Assembly: GCA_963677485.1 (NCBI GenBank)
Contig: OY781964.1
Location: forward strand, 4,448,001 to 4,512,000
Source: Armatimonadota bacterium
Lineage (GTDB): Bacteria > Armatimonadota > HRBIN16
DNA length: 64,000 nt
Reading direction: 5' to 3'
Shown: positions 41,641 to 51,900 of the stretch, one piece after another
Numbering within the stretch: the stretch's first letter is position 1
How the letters are laid out: each line of letters opens with the position of its first letter
Notes under the pieces: model-generated
What the model was told of the DNA's origin: nothing
The model's input: only the letters and a program-made list of their open reading frames with translations
Database searches by the model: none
Made by a program: the position numbers and the translations under genes

Positions 41641-42492
41641 ATGTCTGCACGTCATATCGCAAGTGTCACGGACGCTATCCCGACCATTGAGGGAGCAGGG
41701 GTTCATCTGAAACGCGCTCTTGGGTATTACGATGTACCCCGATTTGACCCGTTTTTGATGCTTGATGATTTCCATACCTCAATTCCTCAGGAATACCTGC
41801 CGGGATTTCCATGGCACCCGCACCGCGGAATAGAGACCGTCACCTATGTGATCGAGGGCATTGTTGAGCACGGCGACAGCATGGAAAACAGCGGTGTGAT
41901 AGGTGCAGGCGATGTGCAGTGGATGACAGCCGGCAGCGGGATCATACACCAAGAGATGCCTAAAATCAGTCCGACTGGCATGTTGTGGGGTATTCAACTA
42001 TGGTGCAATCTGCCAGCAGCTCACAAGATGATGCCGCCTCGTTACCGCGATGTGAAAGCCAACACAATACCAACATCCTATCTGGCTCCTGGTGTCAGTG
42101 TGAAAGTGATTTCAGGAGTGATTGGCGGTGTGACTGGTCCTGTGCAAGATATCGTCACTTCTCCAACCGTGCTTGATGTACAGATGACCTCAGGGTGCAT
42201 GCATGAGTTCACGGTTCCTGAAGGCCATACCGCTGTGATTTATGTGTTGAGCGGAGCAGCTACATTCGAAGATACTGTGGTCGATGCCCAAAGTGTCATA
42301 CTTTATGAACGCGCAGGGGACAGCATCAGTGTGGTCACGGGAGATCACCAGCTCCGTTTCTTATTACTGACAGGGAAGCCGCTTGAGGAGCCCGTAGCCT
42401 GGCGTGGTCCGATAGTCATGAATACCAAAGAGGAGTTACAGTTAGCCTTTGATGAGCTCAGGGACGGTAACTTCGTAAAGCCGACGGTGTAG
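41641..42492 (+). CDS. Pirin family protein
   Basis: DPFLMLD, HPHRGIETVTY, WMTAGSGIIHQE, GPIVMN. Confidence 0.95.
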   Translation: MSARHIASVTDAIPTIEGAGVHLKRALGYYDVPRFDPFLMLDDFHTSIPQEYLPGFPWHPHRGIETVTYVIEGIVEHGDSMENSGVIGAGDVQWMTAGSGIIHQEMPKISPTGMLWGIQLWCNLPAAHKMMPPRYRDVKANTIPTSYLAPGVSVKVISGVIGGVTGPVQDIVTSPTVLDVQMTSGCMHEFTVPEGHTAVIYVLSGAATFEDTVVDAQSVILYERAGDSISVVTGDHQLRFLLLTGKPLEEPVAWRGPIVMNTKEELQLAFDELRDGNFVKPTV

Positions 42493-42619
42493 GTCTGTAT
42501 TCCGTCAGCTCCATAATACTCTATTGATGTCATGGATACCATCAGCATGACCAAATGGCTCTTGGAATTTCGTATACTTTCATGGAATGAATCAACTTTT
42601 GCACTTAGAGGCCTAATGA

Positions 42620-45016
42620 ATGAAAATATCTGCTGTCTGCACGCTGATCTGTGCCATTTTCGCTATGTCTGTGGGATCACAAGCCATGAAGATCACATCC
42701 GGGCAACCGAGCAATATCTTTGTCTCTCAACAGCGCATCGTACTTAAGATATCTGGTGCGGTAGGAGACGCCCAATATGAACTGAAAGATTACTACGGAA
42801 AACTCATCGCTCAGGGCAAACCTGTGATGCAGAATGGCCAGTTGCAAATCGGTGTTAAAGGGTGCTCACCCGGCTGGTACGAGCTGAGCTGCTCCGACAA
42901 GGCTGGTACACAGCGGATATCCCTGGGTGTCGTCATTGACCGTAAGGGGGCCCCGTTGCCATATGGTGGCCGAATCTGCGCAGACGCTGCCAGCGCCTGG
43001 TTATTAGCTAACACGGCGCAGAGAAAGCCGTTCGCCCAAATCGTGGCGAAAGCCGGTATCCCATGGATCAGGGAGCGGTTAAGTTGGGAGGGGATCGAAA
43101 AGCAGCCAGGCAAATATGATTGGTCGCATTTTCAATCTACGGCTGACACTCTTAAGGATGCAGGGATCCATGTGTTTCAAGTCTGGCACATGACACCTGA
43201 ATGGACTCGAGCCAAATCGCCAAAGAGCACGCTCTATCCAGCCGATTTACGCAATGTATACAAATTCACCAGGGCGGCTACCAGCAAGTTTGGTAAACAA
43301 TGGCAAGCCTGGGAGGCGTGGAACGAGCCCGATATCGCATTCTGGCCGGACCTTAGTGATCGGTTGAGTGGATACCTCAAAGCGGCTTATCTGGGCCTTA
43401 AAGCGGGTGATGCTGACGCCACGGTATTGCAGTGCTCGCTGTGTACAGGGCCTTCTCAGTTTTCCAAAGGGCTGTACCAAAATGGCGTCGGAAATTATTA
43501 CGATGTGTTCAACTGGCATCTGTATAACACACCCGATTCGCTTCCCGAGTCATTAGCGGCCTATCGAACCCAATTAGCAGAGTTCAAACTTAACGGTAGA
43601 CCAAGCTGGATATCGGAAGCCGGTATACGCCTTACAGGAAGTGAAGGCGATGGGAAACGGCTGCTGAATGATGATAAGCAGCGTCTGCAGTGCCAGTTCA
43701 TGCCGCAGTCGGCCGTGATGTCGCTGGTGGCTGGCAATGACAAGCACTTCTTCTTTGTGCTGCCGGACTACCTTGAGAACGGTGTGCAGTTTGGTGTCTT
43801 GAAGCCAGACCTGACTCCTTACCCGGGTTTTGTGGCATTGTCGACGGCAGCCAATATGCTGGCATCGGTGGAATACAAAGGCGAGTATCGTCTAAAAGTG
43901 GCTAAGTCATCAGTACATCTCTTTTCAACCCCTACTGGCAACATGTTGGTGGCATGGTCTGAAAAGCCTGCTACTGTCACTATTCCCACTGAAAAAGCTG
44001 GGATCACAGTGAAAGATATATTCGGAAACGAACAGCGTCTAGCGGCCGGTAATGGCAGTGTGTCCGTGAAAATCGGCCCCGAAGCGGTTTATATACTCGG
44101 TATTGGCAAGAAGATTGTTCCCAGCTTGGTCGGCAAGGTGATACCTCGCGGCAAGCTTCCAAAGCTGAACCCGTCGAAGATCGTGGTAGTAGGCCACTCG
44201 GTGATGGGTAATAACAAGGGCAATGACTGCTATGTCATCCAAAACGCAGATGCCAAAAGTTTCGTCTACACTGTCGAAGCTTATAACTTCAATGAAAAGA
44301 GCGTGAGTTCCGGCTCGATTACCGTGAGTGTGCCGAGTGGCTGGAGGGTTGATCAACCAACACGTAAAGTGAAACTGGCTGCCATGGGACGGCAGGAACT
44401 GCAGTTTACAATCCAACCTTCGGAGCCACAGCTAGGTATGTTTGATGTGAAAGTGAACCCTCAGTTTGGTAAACCACAGGCCGAATCGGCTGTCAGCCAC
44501 TTCATGTATGATGTGGCACAGTTACAGCCTACGAAGAGACGGCCTATGGGCCTGATTGACGCCAAAGTGTGGCAGAAGGCGATTGGTGAGGGTGGGGTTG
44601 TTGACGTCAGCCTCACTCCCGATGGCTGGCTGCAGATCGATTCGCGGTTCACGGGGAATTCCGATAGGTGGTCGTACCCGTTCGTGAAGTTTGAACCGGC
44701 ACAGGACTACTCGGAATTTGACGGTATCTCTTTTGATCTCGATTCGAGTTTTGAAGACGAGAAGTCGCTGATTCAAATCATGCTGGTAAAAAAGAATGGA
44801 GCACACTACATCCACTCAATGCCAAAGGGCAAGGGGAAGCGGCAGGTCGTGGTTTTGTTCCAAAACATGAACCATCTTGCATTCATGCCAAACGATCCTG
44901 AACGTAAGTTGACGTTGAATGAGATATCTGAGATCAAACTTGGCTGTAATACGACCGCCGATCGTCTGACCTTTAGTGTCTGCAATATGCAGCTAGTGAA
45001 ATATCCAAAGCGATAA
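42620..45016 (+). CDS. Secreted clan GH-A glycoside hydrolase-like protein (GH39-like) with Ig-like and CBM-like domains
   Basis: Signal peptide, WEAWNEPD acid/base motif, FNWHLY, WISEAG nucleophile motif. Confidence 0.75.
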   Translation: MKISAVCTLICAIFAMSVGSQAMKITSGQPSNIFVSQQRIVLKISGAVGDAQYELKDYYGKLIAQGKPVMQNGQLQIGVKGCSPGWYELSCSDKAGTQRISLGVVIDRKGAPLPYGGRICADAASAWLLANTAQRKPFAQIVAKAGIPWIRERLSWEGIEKQPGKYDWSHFQSTADTLKDAGIHVFQVWHMTPEWTRAKSPKSTLYPADLRNVYKFTRAATSKFGKQWQAWEAWNEPDIAFWPDLSDRLSGYLKAAYLGLKAGDADATVLQCSLCTGPSQFSKGLYQNGVGNYYDVFNWHLYNTPDSLPESLAAYRTQLAEFKLNGRPSWISEAGIRLTGSEGDGKRLLNDDKQRLQCQFMPQSAVMSLVAGNDKHFFFVLPDYLENGVQFGVLKPDLTPYPGFVALSTAANMLASVEYKGEYRLKVAKSSVHLFSTPTGNMLVAWSEKPATVTIPTEKAGITVKDIFGNEQRLAAGNGSVSVKIGPEAVYILGIGKKIVPSLVGKVIPRGKLPKLNPSKIVVVGHSVMGNNKGNDCYVIQNADAKSFVYTVEAYNFNEKSVSSGSITVSVPSGWRVDQPTRKVKLAAMGRQELQFTIQPSEPQLGMFDVKVNPQFGKPQAESAVSHFMYDVAQLQPTKRRPMGLIDAKVWQKAIGEGGVVDVSLTPDGWLQIDSRFTGNSDRWSYPFVKFEPAQDYSEFDGISFDLDSSFEDEKSLIQIMLVKKNGAHYIHSMPKGKGKRQVVVLFQNMNHLAFMPNDPERKLTLNEISEIKLGCNTTADRLTFSVCNMQLVKYPKR

Positions 45017-45036
45017 CGCAAAGGTAGGGTGGGACA

Positions 45037-46143
45037 ATGGGCTATAACCTGAAGAGAGCCATCTTGGCTCTGAGTATCTGGACGATTACGGCGGGATGCA
45101 TGGGGGCTCCACCCACTTCCCGGCCATTCCGAATGGGTTTTAGCCCATGGCCATACGCTATGACCCTGGACGCCGTCTCTGAGACCAATAAGTTCGTAAC
45201 CAGTTATGGGGATATTCTGAGCGAACAAATCGACGAGAGTATCCCCTGGATTGAATCTGCAAAAGGCCTGCCGTATCCGGCAGGCTTTGTCGCAAAAATG
45301 GACGGCAGACGGAAGCGGCTGGGCAGTGCTCAGAAACGGGTGCTATACATAACTCCATTGAACACCGGAAGAAACGGGCTGCTCGCGGCATATGCTGAAC
45401 CTGGCAAACCCAAACCGGCAAGCTGGGAGAAACGCCGCATCAACGATCCTGAAGTCATCAAGGCTTATACTGCTTACTGCATATGGATGGTGAAGTTCTT
45501 CAAACCCGACTACCTGGTTTACGGTATCGAAACCAACGAGTATCTGAAGAATGTACCCGGACAGTGGGCGAACTTCCTGGTATTCTCAAAACAAGTCCGC
45601 AAGGCGATTAAGAAAGCCTATCCCACACTTCCGGTCAGCGAGTCGGTGACAGTCCACCAACTGCTTGAACCCAATCAGCCAGACATGATCAAATACCAAA
45701 CGCAAATCAAGCAGTTTGTGGCAGATCATGACTTTTTCGCGGTGAGTTTCTACCCATTCCTCCGTGGACAAAAAAACAGGGGGGATATCTCGAAAAGCCT
45801 GGACTTTATCCACGGTTTTAGCAACAAGCCGATCGCGTTCTGTGAAACCGGCCAACCAGCCGAAACGCTGGAAATCGCATCATTCAAGCTGGTGTATCCT
45901 CTGACACCTGAAGACCAAAACGCCTATATGAAGACACTTTTTGAGTATGCTCAGAAGGACAAGTATCTATTTGTGATCTGGTGGACATATCATGATTTTG
46001 ATGCTCTCTGGGAGGTGTTTCCGGCGGAGATGAAGGACTTGGGCCGTTGCTGGCGTGATATCGGCCTGCTCGATCAGGACGGCAATAAGCGTTTGAGCTA
46101 CCAGACCTGGATGAATACGCTTGCATTGCCGGTCAAGCGATAG
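45037..46143 (+). CDS. Secreted or lipoprotein glycoside hydrolase-like TIM barrel
   Basis: Possible lipobox TAGC, GIETNE, SFYPF, FCETG, GLLD. Confidence 0.65.
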   Translation: MGYNLKRAILALSIWTITAGCMGAPPTSRPFRMGFSPWPYAMTLDAVSETNKFVTSYGDILSEQIDESIPWIESAKGLPYPAGFVAKMDGRRKRLGSAQKRVLYITPLNTGRNGLLAAYAEPGKPKPASWEKRRINDPEVIKAYTAYCIWMVKFFKPDYLVYGIETNEYLKNVPGQWANFLVFSKQVRKAIKKAYPTLPVSESVTVHQLLEPNQPDMIKYQTQIKQFVADHDFFAVSFYPFLRGQKNRGDISKSLDFIHGFSNKPIAFCETGQPAETLEIASFKLVYPLTPEDQNAYMKTLFEYAQKDKYLFVIWWTYHDFDALWEVFPAEMKDLGRCWRDIGLLDQDGNKRLSYQTWMNTLALPVKR

Positions 46144-46144
46144 C

Positions 46145-46894
46145 ATGGACGAAACAGAGCTTCATCCGCCATCGAACCCGGTCTTGGTGCGCCTGGTCAA
46201 AGTCATCGCTGTGGTGGCGGTTATACAGGTCAGCTCCATCAGCGCTTTTATATTGATTGGATCCAAATCGCTGCCTCACAAGGCGGTGATCGGAATGATT
46301 CTGGGACTGGTGCTCTTTTGGATCATCACCGGCGGACTGCTTGCGTTGCGGTATAAGCAGGCGGTCCGGTGCTGGGTGTTGCGGCTGCCAGGGAGTTGGC
46401 AGTTGAAGTTCGTGATATTCGCGACCGTGATGGCCTTGCTTGAGGAAGTCGTGACCGTCAGCATGACCAACTGCGCACCACTGTTTGGGGTCAAGATGGG
46501 GCAGGCCTATATCACTGCATCAGCCAACTACTTTGATGTAGTGCTGGGGCATAGCGTGATTGTGTTCATCCCGCAATACATCGCCTGGGCTTGGGTATTG
46601 ACGAAGTATCAGCTTTCACCGGTCTCAGTGTTTTTGATTTATGGTGTTCAAGGACTAACGGGTGAGGCGATGTTCGGCGGAGTCGCCCACTTGTTGAATA
46701 TGTTCTGGATGTTTGTATACGGTATGATGGTCTATCTGCCCGCTTATTGCATTCCAGTAAATCGAGGAGCTGTTCGGGCTGACTGGGGGATCATATGGCG
46801 GATGTTCGTGCTGTTCATCAGCCCTGGGTTGTTTGCAGCGGTCGTGATGAAGCTGCACCCTGTGAAGATCCATTTCCCGCCAATTGCCCCCTGA
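46145..46894 (+). CDS. Polytopic membrane hypothetical protein
   Basis: About 7 hydrophobic segments with a conserved-looking LLEE in TM3. Start is uncertain. Confidence 0.65.
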   Translation: MDETELHPPSNPVLVRLVKVIAVVAVIQVSSISAFILIGSKSLPHKAVIGMILGLVLFWIITGGLLALRYKQAVRCWVLRLPGSWQLKFVIFATVMALLEEVVTVSMTNCAPLFGVKMGQAYITASANYFDVVLGHSVIVFIPQYIAWAWVLTKYQLSPVSVFLIYGVQGLTGEAMFGGVAHLLNMFWMFVYGMMVYLPAYCIPVNRGAVRADWGIIWRMFVLFISPGLFAAVVMKLHPVKIHFPPIAP

Positions 46895-46916
46895 ATTTCA
46901 TGCGGAGAAATCGACT

Positions 46917-47582
46917 ATGGTGCGTGTAAACAACTGTAAATCCGTCAAAACTATAAAGTGCTGGATTCTCTGTTCCATTGTGGTGCTGCTGCTTGCAGTC
47001 GCCATGCTGCCGCTTTGGGCGTTTCGGTATGTCCGGTCGAATACCACATGGATGATTGTGGAGCCTCAGAGGATCAGTGGTAAGTGTATTGCCATCGTGC
47101 CTGGGGCGAATATTCATTCAGATGGCACTCCGAGCATGGTCTTGCGGATGCGGCTTGATAAAGCGATCGAGCTGTATAAAGACGGTCATGTACAAAAGCT
47201 ACTGGTGAGCGGAGATAACCGCTTCAAGCATTACAACGAACCAGATGCCATGAAGAGCTACGCGATACAACACGGTGTGCCCTCAGAGGACGTTGTTTGT
47301 GACTATGCTGGTCGACGCACCTACGACACGATGTATCGAGCGAGGAACCTGTTCAGGGTATCCCACAGCGTGATCGTAACTCAAGACAGGTTCATGGGAC
47401 GAAGCCTGTATCTGGCGAAGTCAGTGCATCTCGACGCTGTAGGTGTGATCGCTGATACCCCGCCCGGTTTACCTGGAATGAGCCGTGAGTATCTGGCCTG
47501 CGTCAGTGCCTGGCTGGATGTGAATATACTGCACCCAAGCCCGGTGATGGGTGAACCGGAGCCGATCGTGTTCTATCGTTAA
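46917..47582 (+). CDS. SanA/YdcF (DUF218) family protein
   Basis: IVPGA, RLDKAIELY, LVSGDN, NEPDAMK, DYAGRRTYD, REYLA. Confidence 0.88.
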   Translation: MVRVNNCKSVKTIKCWILCSIVVLLLAVAMLPLWAFRYVRSNTTWMIVEPQRISGKCIAIVPGANIHSDGTPSMVLRMRLDKAIELYKDGHVQKLLVSGDNRFKHYNEPDAMKSYAIQHGVPSEDVVCDYAGRRTYDTMYRARNLFRVSHSVIVTQDRFMGRSLYLAKSVHLDAVGVIADTPPGLPGMSREYLACVSAWLDVNILHPSPVMGEPEPIVFYR

Positions 47583-47615
47583 GAAGCTTCAATCTCGGTT
47601 ATTGGGGATGTATCG

Positions 47616-48299
47616 GTGGATGATGTGATTAATAAAGGCGTACAAGTGCGAATTGGAGTTGCGCTGCTATTCTGGCTGGTTGTAGTTGGCTATATGGTTA
47701 GGCCAGACATCACCCAGTTTGTGCCGTCACCGTTATTGAAGGCCGCTCCGATTTTACTACTGGCCGTGTATTCAGCATTCAATCTACGCAGTAAGGGCAC
47801 CATTCTTGTGTTTGGCCTTGTTTTATCGGCGTGTGGCGACATCGCTGGTGATGTGCCCGGTGGTGGTTTTATACCGCAGGTTGGTGTCTTTCTCATCGCT
47901 CAAATCGCTTATACCATCACCTTCGCAAAAGAGGTCAGTTGGAACCGCGCCAGATTGGCGGTGATTGTGCCGCTAGTGGCCTGGATGTGTTTCATGGCGG
48001 TGCGGCTGATGGCATCGAGTGACCTGCAGAACCAGGTGCTTGCGACCGCCGTTGGAATATACCTGATCGCTATTACATGTATGGCGATATCCGCCATATT
48101 GCGTAGGGCCGATATGTGGTGGGTGGTGGCCGCTGGTGCGGTGTTGTTTGTGTTCTCTGACTCAGTTATCGCCTGGAGCCGTTTCATCGCCGAGTGGCCG
48201 AATTCCGGTTGGGTGGTGATGTGGAGTTACTACCTCGCCCAGTTTTTAATCGCATTTGGATATACTAGCCGTAAAATAAACGCCAAAATCAATGCATAA
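47616..48299 (+). CDS. Lysoplasmalogenase (YhhN/TMEM86) family membrane protein
   Basis: LKAAP, SACGD, FLIAQ, LFVFSDS, YYLAQ. Confidence 0.85.
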   Translation: MDDVINKGVQVRIGVALLFWLVVVGYMVRPDITQFVPSPLLKAAPILLLAVYSAFNLRSKGTILVFGLVLSACGDIAGDVPGGGFIPQVGVFLIAQIAYTITFAKEVSWNRARLAVIVPLVAWMCFMAVRLMASSDLQNQVLATAVGIYLIAITCMAISAILRRADMWWVVAAGAVLFVFSDSVIAWSRFIAEWPNSGWVVMWSYYLAQFLIAFGYTSRKINAKINA

Positions 48300-48376
48300 A
48301 CCATGCATGTTGGTTCACATAAGGGGTACACTAAAGATGTTCCGGTAACCGATCAAATCGGTAGGAGGATTCAGTT

Positions 48377-48490
48377 ATGGGTGAAAAATCTCCCAAAAAA
48401 GAAGTTAAGTCGCCAAAGAAAGACATCAAAGAGAAGCGCCGCGAGAAACAAGAGAAGAAGGACAGTAAGGGATCTATTACTGCTCCGTAG
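48377..48490 (+). CDS. 37-aa lysine-rich peptide (not in ORF track)
   Basis: MGEKSPKKEVKSPKKDIKEKRREKQEKKDSKGSITAP*, with a strong AGGAGG RBS 8 nt upstream. Confidence 0.7.
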   Translation: MGEKSPKKEVKSPKKDIKEKRREKQEKKDSKGSITAP

Positions 48491-48598
48491 ATTGATATTG
48501 CTCGTATCGCCTTCTTGATATCTGTCACGAACTCTGAATAGAGTTCATGGTTGATGACGGTTAGTTCATAATACAACCGTCACACAATGACCGACTTA

Positions 48599-48627
48599 CC
48601 GGGTTCCGTACTGGAACCCGGCTTTTT
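48599..48627 (+). terminator. Intrinsic terminator
   Basis: CCGGGTTCC-GTACT-GGAACCCGG followed by CTTTTT. Confidence 0.8.
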
Positions 48628-48662
48628 ATCGCGTTTTTTAAGCTTAAGAATTAGGGGGCATT

Positions 48663-49538
48663 ATGCATACACGCGTCGTTAGAATACTCACCATGGTGTT
48701 TGTCATATCATCATCAATATCACACGCTGCACCGACCATTGGTCAGTGGAACCCGATTTTCAAGGGTGTAGATGAGCTGACCGCTAGCTGTTCTGAAAAC
48801 GACCCAAGGATGATGAAGATATTCGCAATACGTATTGATACGAAAGCTCAAGGAATCCAGTTTACGACTACAGAACGAAGCAATCCATATAAGATTGACA
48901 CCAGTGAAACCCGGCGCATACCGACCAAGCTGTTCCTGACGAGTTCGAAGTGTCAGGTGGCGATCAATGCTGACTTCTTCAGCCCGTTTGTACCCGCTTA
49001 CCAGTCGAGTTACACCAACTTGCTGCACCTGAGCGTCTCTAAAGGTGAAGTTGTGTCACCACCCACAGACGGTGCCAGTGTGTTAATCACCCGAGACAAT
49101 AAGGTGTCGATCATACCCACCACGCCCAACACAAGTCTGAACAACGTCTGGACGGCTGTGAGCGGCTCTGGCATGGTGCTGATAGACGGTAACGCCATTG
49201 AAGGTGATACCGCGTTACATCCTCGTTCCTCGGCCGGAGTATCCAAAGATGGCCGGTATTTCTATCTGATGGCTATTGATGGCCGTCAGAAAGGCTGGAG
49301 TGATGGAGCTACCACTAAAGAAGTGGGCGAGTGGCTGGCCCGTCTAGGAGCCTATAATGGCCTGAATCTGGATGGCGGCGGCTCGACAACTCTGGTAAAA
49401 ATGAGCAATGGTGGTCAGCCTGTGGTGCTGAACAGTCCGGTCGGCTGGGCAGATATGAACGGTAATTCGCTGCGTGGGCGTGAGCGGTTCAATGGTAATA
49501 GCCTTGGCGTCTATGCTCAACCGCTGCGTCTCAAATAA
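48663..49538 (+). CDS. Phosphodiester glycosidase family protein (NAGPA/DUF2233)
   Basis: Signal peptide, AINADFF, HPRSSAG, IDGRQ, NLDGGGSTT. Confidence 0.88.
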   Translation: MHTRVVRILTMVFVISSSISHAAPTIGQWNPIFKGVDELTASCSENDPRMMKIFAIRIDTKAQGIQFTTTERSNPYKIDTSETRRIPTKLFLTSSKCQVAINADFFSPFVPAYQSSYTNLLHLSVSKGEVVSPPTDGASVLITRDNKVSIIPTTPNTSLNNVWTAVSGSGMVLIDGNAIEGDTALHPRSSAGVSKDGRYFYLMAIDGRQKGWSDGATTKEVGEWLARLGAYNGLNLDGGGSTTLVKMSNGGQPVVLNSPVGWADMNGNSLRGRERFNGNSLGVYAQPLRLK

Positions 49539-49608
49539 CATAGCCAGCATTGATCGAAACTCCGGCAGATGAGTATCAACCCATCCACCGGAGTTTCGCG
49601 AGATTTGG

Positions 49609-50706
49609 TCAGTCGGCTTGGGCACCGAAGTTCATGTCGATGATCACATAGTCGAAGAGGTTGACTTGACCGTCACCATCAAGGTCGGCCATGGTGTTTG
49701 CGGAACCGAATGATGAATCCAGCACCACCATGTCAAATAGATTGATCTGACCATCACCATCGGCATCACCGTTGATCAGTACCGTATTGACGGTGTTCCC
49801 GCTGCCAACTTGAACGCCCGAAATCACCCTTCTTAGGAAGTGATTGCTAGATAGAGTCAGACTGTATGTTCCTGACTGCAAAGCACTGATCCGCGCTTTA
49901 CCTGAGTCATCTAGCGTCAATGCGCCTGTATATGTTTGAGCACCGGCCAGGCTGTAGCTAAGCTTTATCGTGCTAAGGGTGCCCTTATACCCTGTGCCAG
50001 GATCAACCGATATATCTAGTGCTGGCAGCAGATCATCCTGCAGAATACTCACGTTGTCGAGGAAGCAGTTGTCGCCACCCCACCAGTACTCCCCTCGGAT
50101 GAGCAGTGTTGCCAAGTCCGAGAGTACATACCGTAGATCATCCGCAGTTGCTGCAGTCCCCTGTAGAGAGTTGACTTTCCATCCGCCCTCACTGAATGGC
50201 ACACGGTAGTTGGCCCATTCCGAAGTGGGGTCAGTAGGGATATCATATACCACTACTTTCCCTCCCCCGATGAGCACAATATCCGCGTCAAGCCAGAGTG
50301 CGCTGCCCTCAGTTCGTAGATCGAACGTTAACGCCCCGCCACATGCTGCCTGTTTGTCGCCAAGGAATGCGGCCGGAGCTTGCCAGTAGAACGTGACCCC
50401 ATTGGGGTCTGTCGATGACACACATCCTCCTGAGGTGCCCATATCTGTGTGATATGTGGGTGATATAGGGTTCGTAATCCGATCGTATGGTCCATTATCC
50501 GGCACATCAACGACCTTCCAGCCTTCGTCGCCGTTATCGAAACCGCTATGAACAATTATTGTCTCAGAAGGGAGGTCCGTGTTTATCTGCGTTTTGAGGG
50601 GTGATGACATCACCGTTAGGACACAGATGAGTAGCAACACTAGGTAGAATGGGGTAGTTACATGACGCGTTTGGATTCGCGCCCTGGTGTTATGCACGAA
50701 CGTCAT
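49609..50706 (-). CDS. Secreted laminin-IV(B)-like domain protein with C-terminal dockerin-like repeats
   Basis: YWQAPAAFLGDK...GGALTFD...LATLLIRGEY...LDNV, and a tail GDADGDGQINLFD...DLDGDGQVNLFD. Confidence 0.78.
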   Translation of the reverse strand: MTFVHNTRARIQTRHVTTPFYLVLLLICVLTVMSSPLKTQINTDLPSETIIVHSGFDNGDEGWKVVDVPDNGPYDRITNPISPTYHTDMGTSGGCVSSTDPNGVTFYWQAPAAFLGDKQAACGGALTFDLRTEGSALWLDADIVLIGGGKVVVYDIPTDPTSEWANYRVPFSEGGWKVNSLQGTAATADDLRYVLSDLATLLIRGEYWWGGDNCFLDNVSILQDDLLPALDISVDPGTGYKGTLSTIKLSYSLAGAQTYTGALTLDDSGKARISALQSGTYSLTLSSNHFLRRVISGVQVGSGNTVNTVLINGDADGDGQINLFDMVVLDSSFGSANTMADLDGDGQVNLFDYVIIDMNFGAQAD

Positions 50707-50748
50707 TTCATTTACTCCTTATGTTCAGCCGGAGTGGTTCGTCGCCAA

Positions 50749-51824
50749 TCAGTCGGCCTGGGCACCGAAGTTAGTGTCGATGATCACGTAGTCGAACAGG
50801 TTGACAAGCCCACTGCCGTCGAGGTCCGCCATGGCATTTGCCGAACCAAATGATGAATCCAGCACCACCATGTCGAACAGATTGATCATTCCGTCGCCAT
50901 CGGAATCGCCGTTTGTGATTGAGGTGTTAACGGGAGTATCGCCACTTAGAACGATGTCTTGTATTGCCCTCCTAAGCCAGTGAGTGCTGTTCAATTATAC
51001 GTGCCCGGCTGGATGGACGGGATCACTGCTGTGCCTGATGAACTTAAAGTGACAGTTCCGCTGTAGTTCATTGGGCCTGAAAGCATGTAGTTCAGGCTGA
51101 TCCCGCTGAGTGCGCCTATGTAGTGTGAGCCAGGGTCAACGGTCAGATTGATCGAGTCCGTGCTTGCGAACTTCGACAGGTAGACATTATCGAGGTAACC
51201 AGTTTCTGCACCCCAGCGGTACTCACCGCGGATGTAGAATCCAGTAAGCTGTGCCAGAACCTCACGGAACTGCTGCTCAGTGACGGCTGCGCCGCTGAGG
51301 TTACCCAACTTCCAGCCAGTCTCACTTAAAGGTGCTATCATGGCCTTCCATGTGGTGCCGGGGTTGCCGACAACGTTATACGAGATCACACGGCCTGCGC
51401 CGATGAGCACTACATCCGCTGTATCGAAGTAGTCGCCACCGATCGAAATCATGTCGTATATGAGCTCGCCGCCGTAGGCATCAGACTTGTCGCCCAGGAA
51501 GGAATCAGGTGCTTTGAAGAAGAATGTGTTGCTGGAAGGGTCAGTGCCCGAAATGCATCCTCCAGGGTTACCTGAGGATGAATTGTATGTGGCATCATAC
51601 AGGCCATACGGATGATCGTATGGTCCATTATCTGGCATGTCTATGATCCGCCACCCGTCCACGCCGCTATCGAAGGTGCTCGAAGCCACAATACCATCAC
51701 CGGGATCAATCGCAAGCAGTGGGGTTGCCAGCCCAAAACTTGCCAGCAGCCAGATTGACATGCAGAATGCGATGGTCGCGAATCCGCACGTATAGTTGGT
51801 CACGCGCTGATAAATTGTCTTCAT
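50749..51824 (-). pseudogene. Frameshifted paralog of the laminin-IV/dockerin-like gene
   Basis: AAGGAGG RBS and ATG 51824. The frame ends PGTYN* at 50991 and continues LNSTHWLRR in a shifted frame; the intact paralog reads SGTYSLTLSSNHFLRR. Confidence 0.8.
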
Positions 51825-51900
51825 GAATAACCTCCTTGAGTTTGAGCACAGAATGTTCATTGTTGATAAATATACAAAGAGATAATCACTAATGGTTGTC

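Noticed and set aside
50991-50993. TGA read-through (selenocysteine) in the laminin-like gene
   Set aside because: The continuation is in a different frame, so this is a frameshift and not an in-frame stop.
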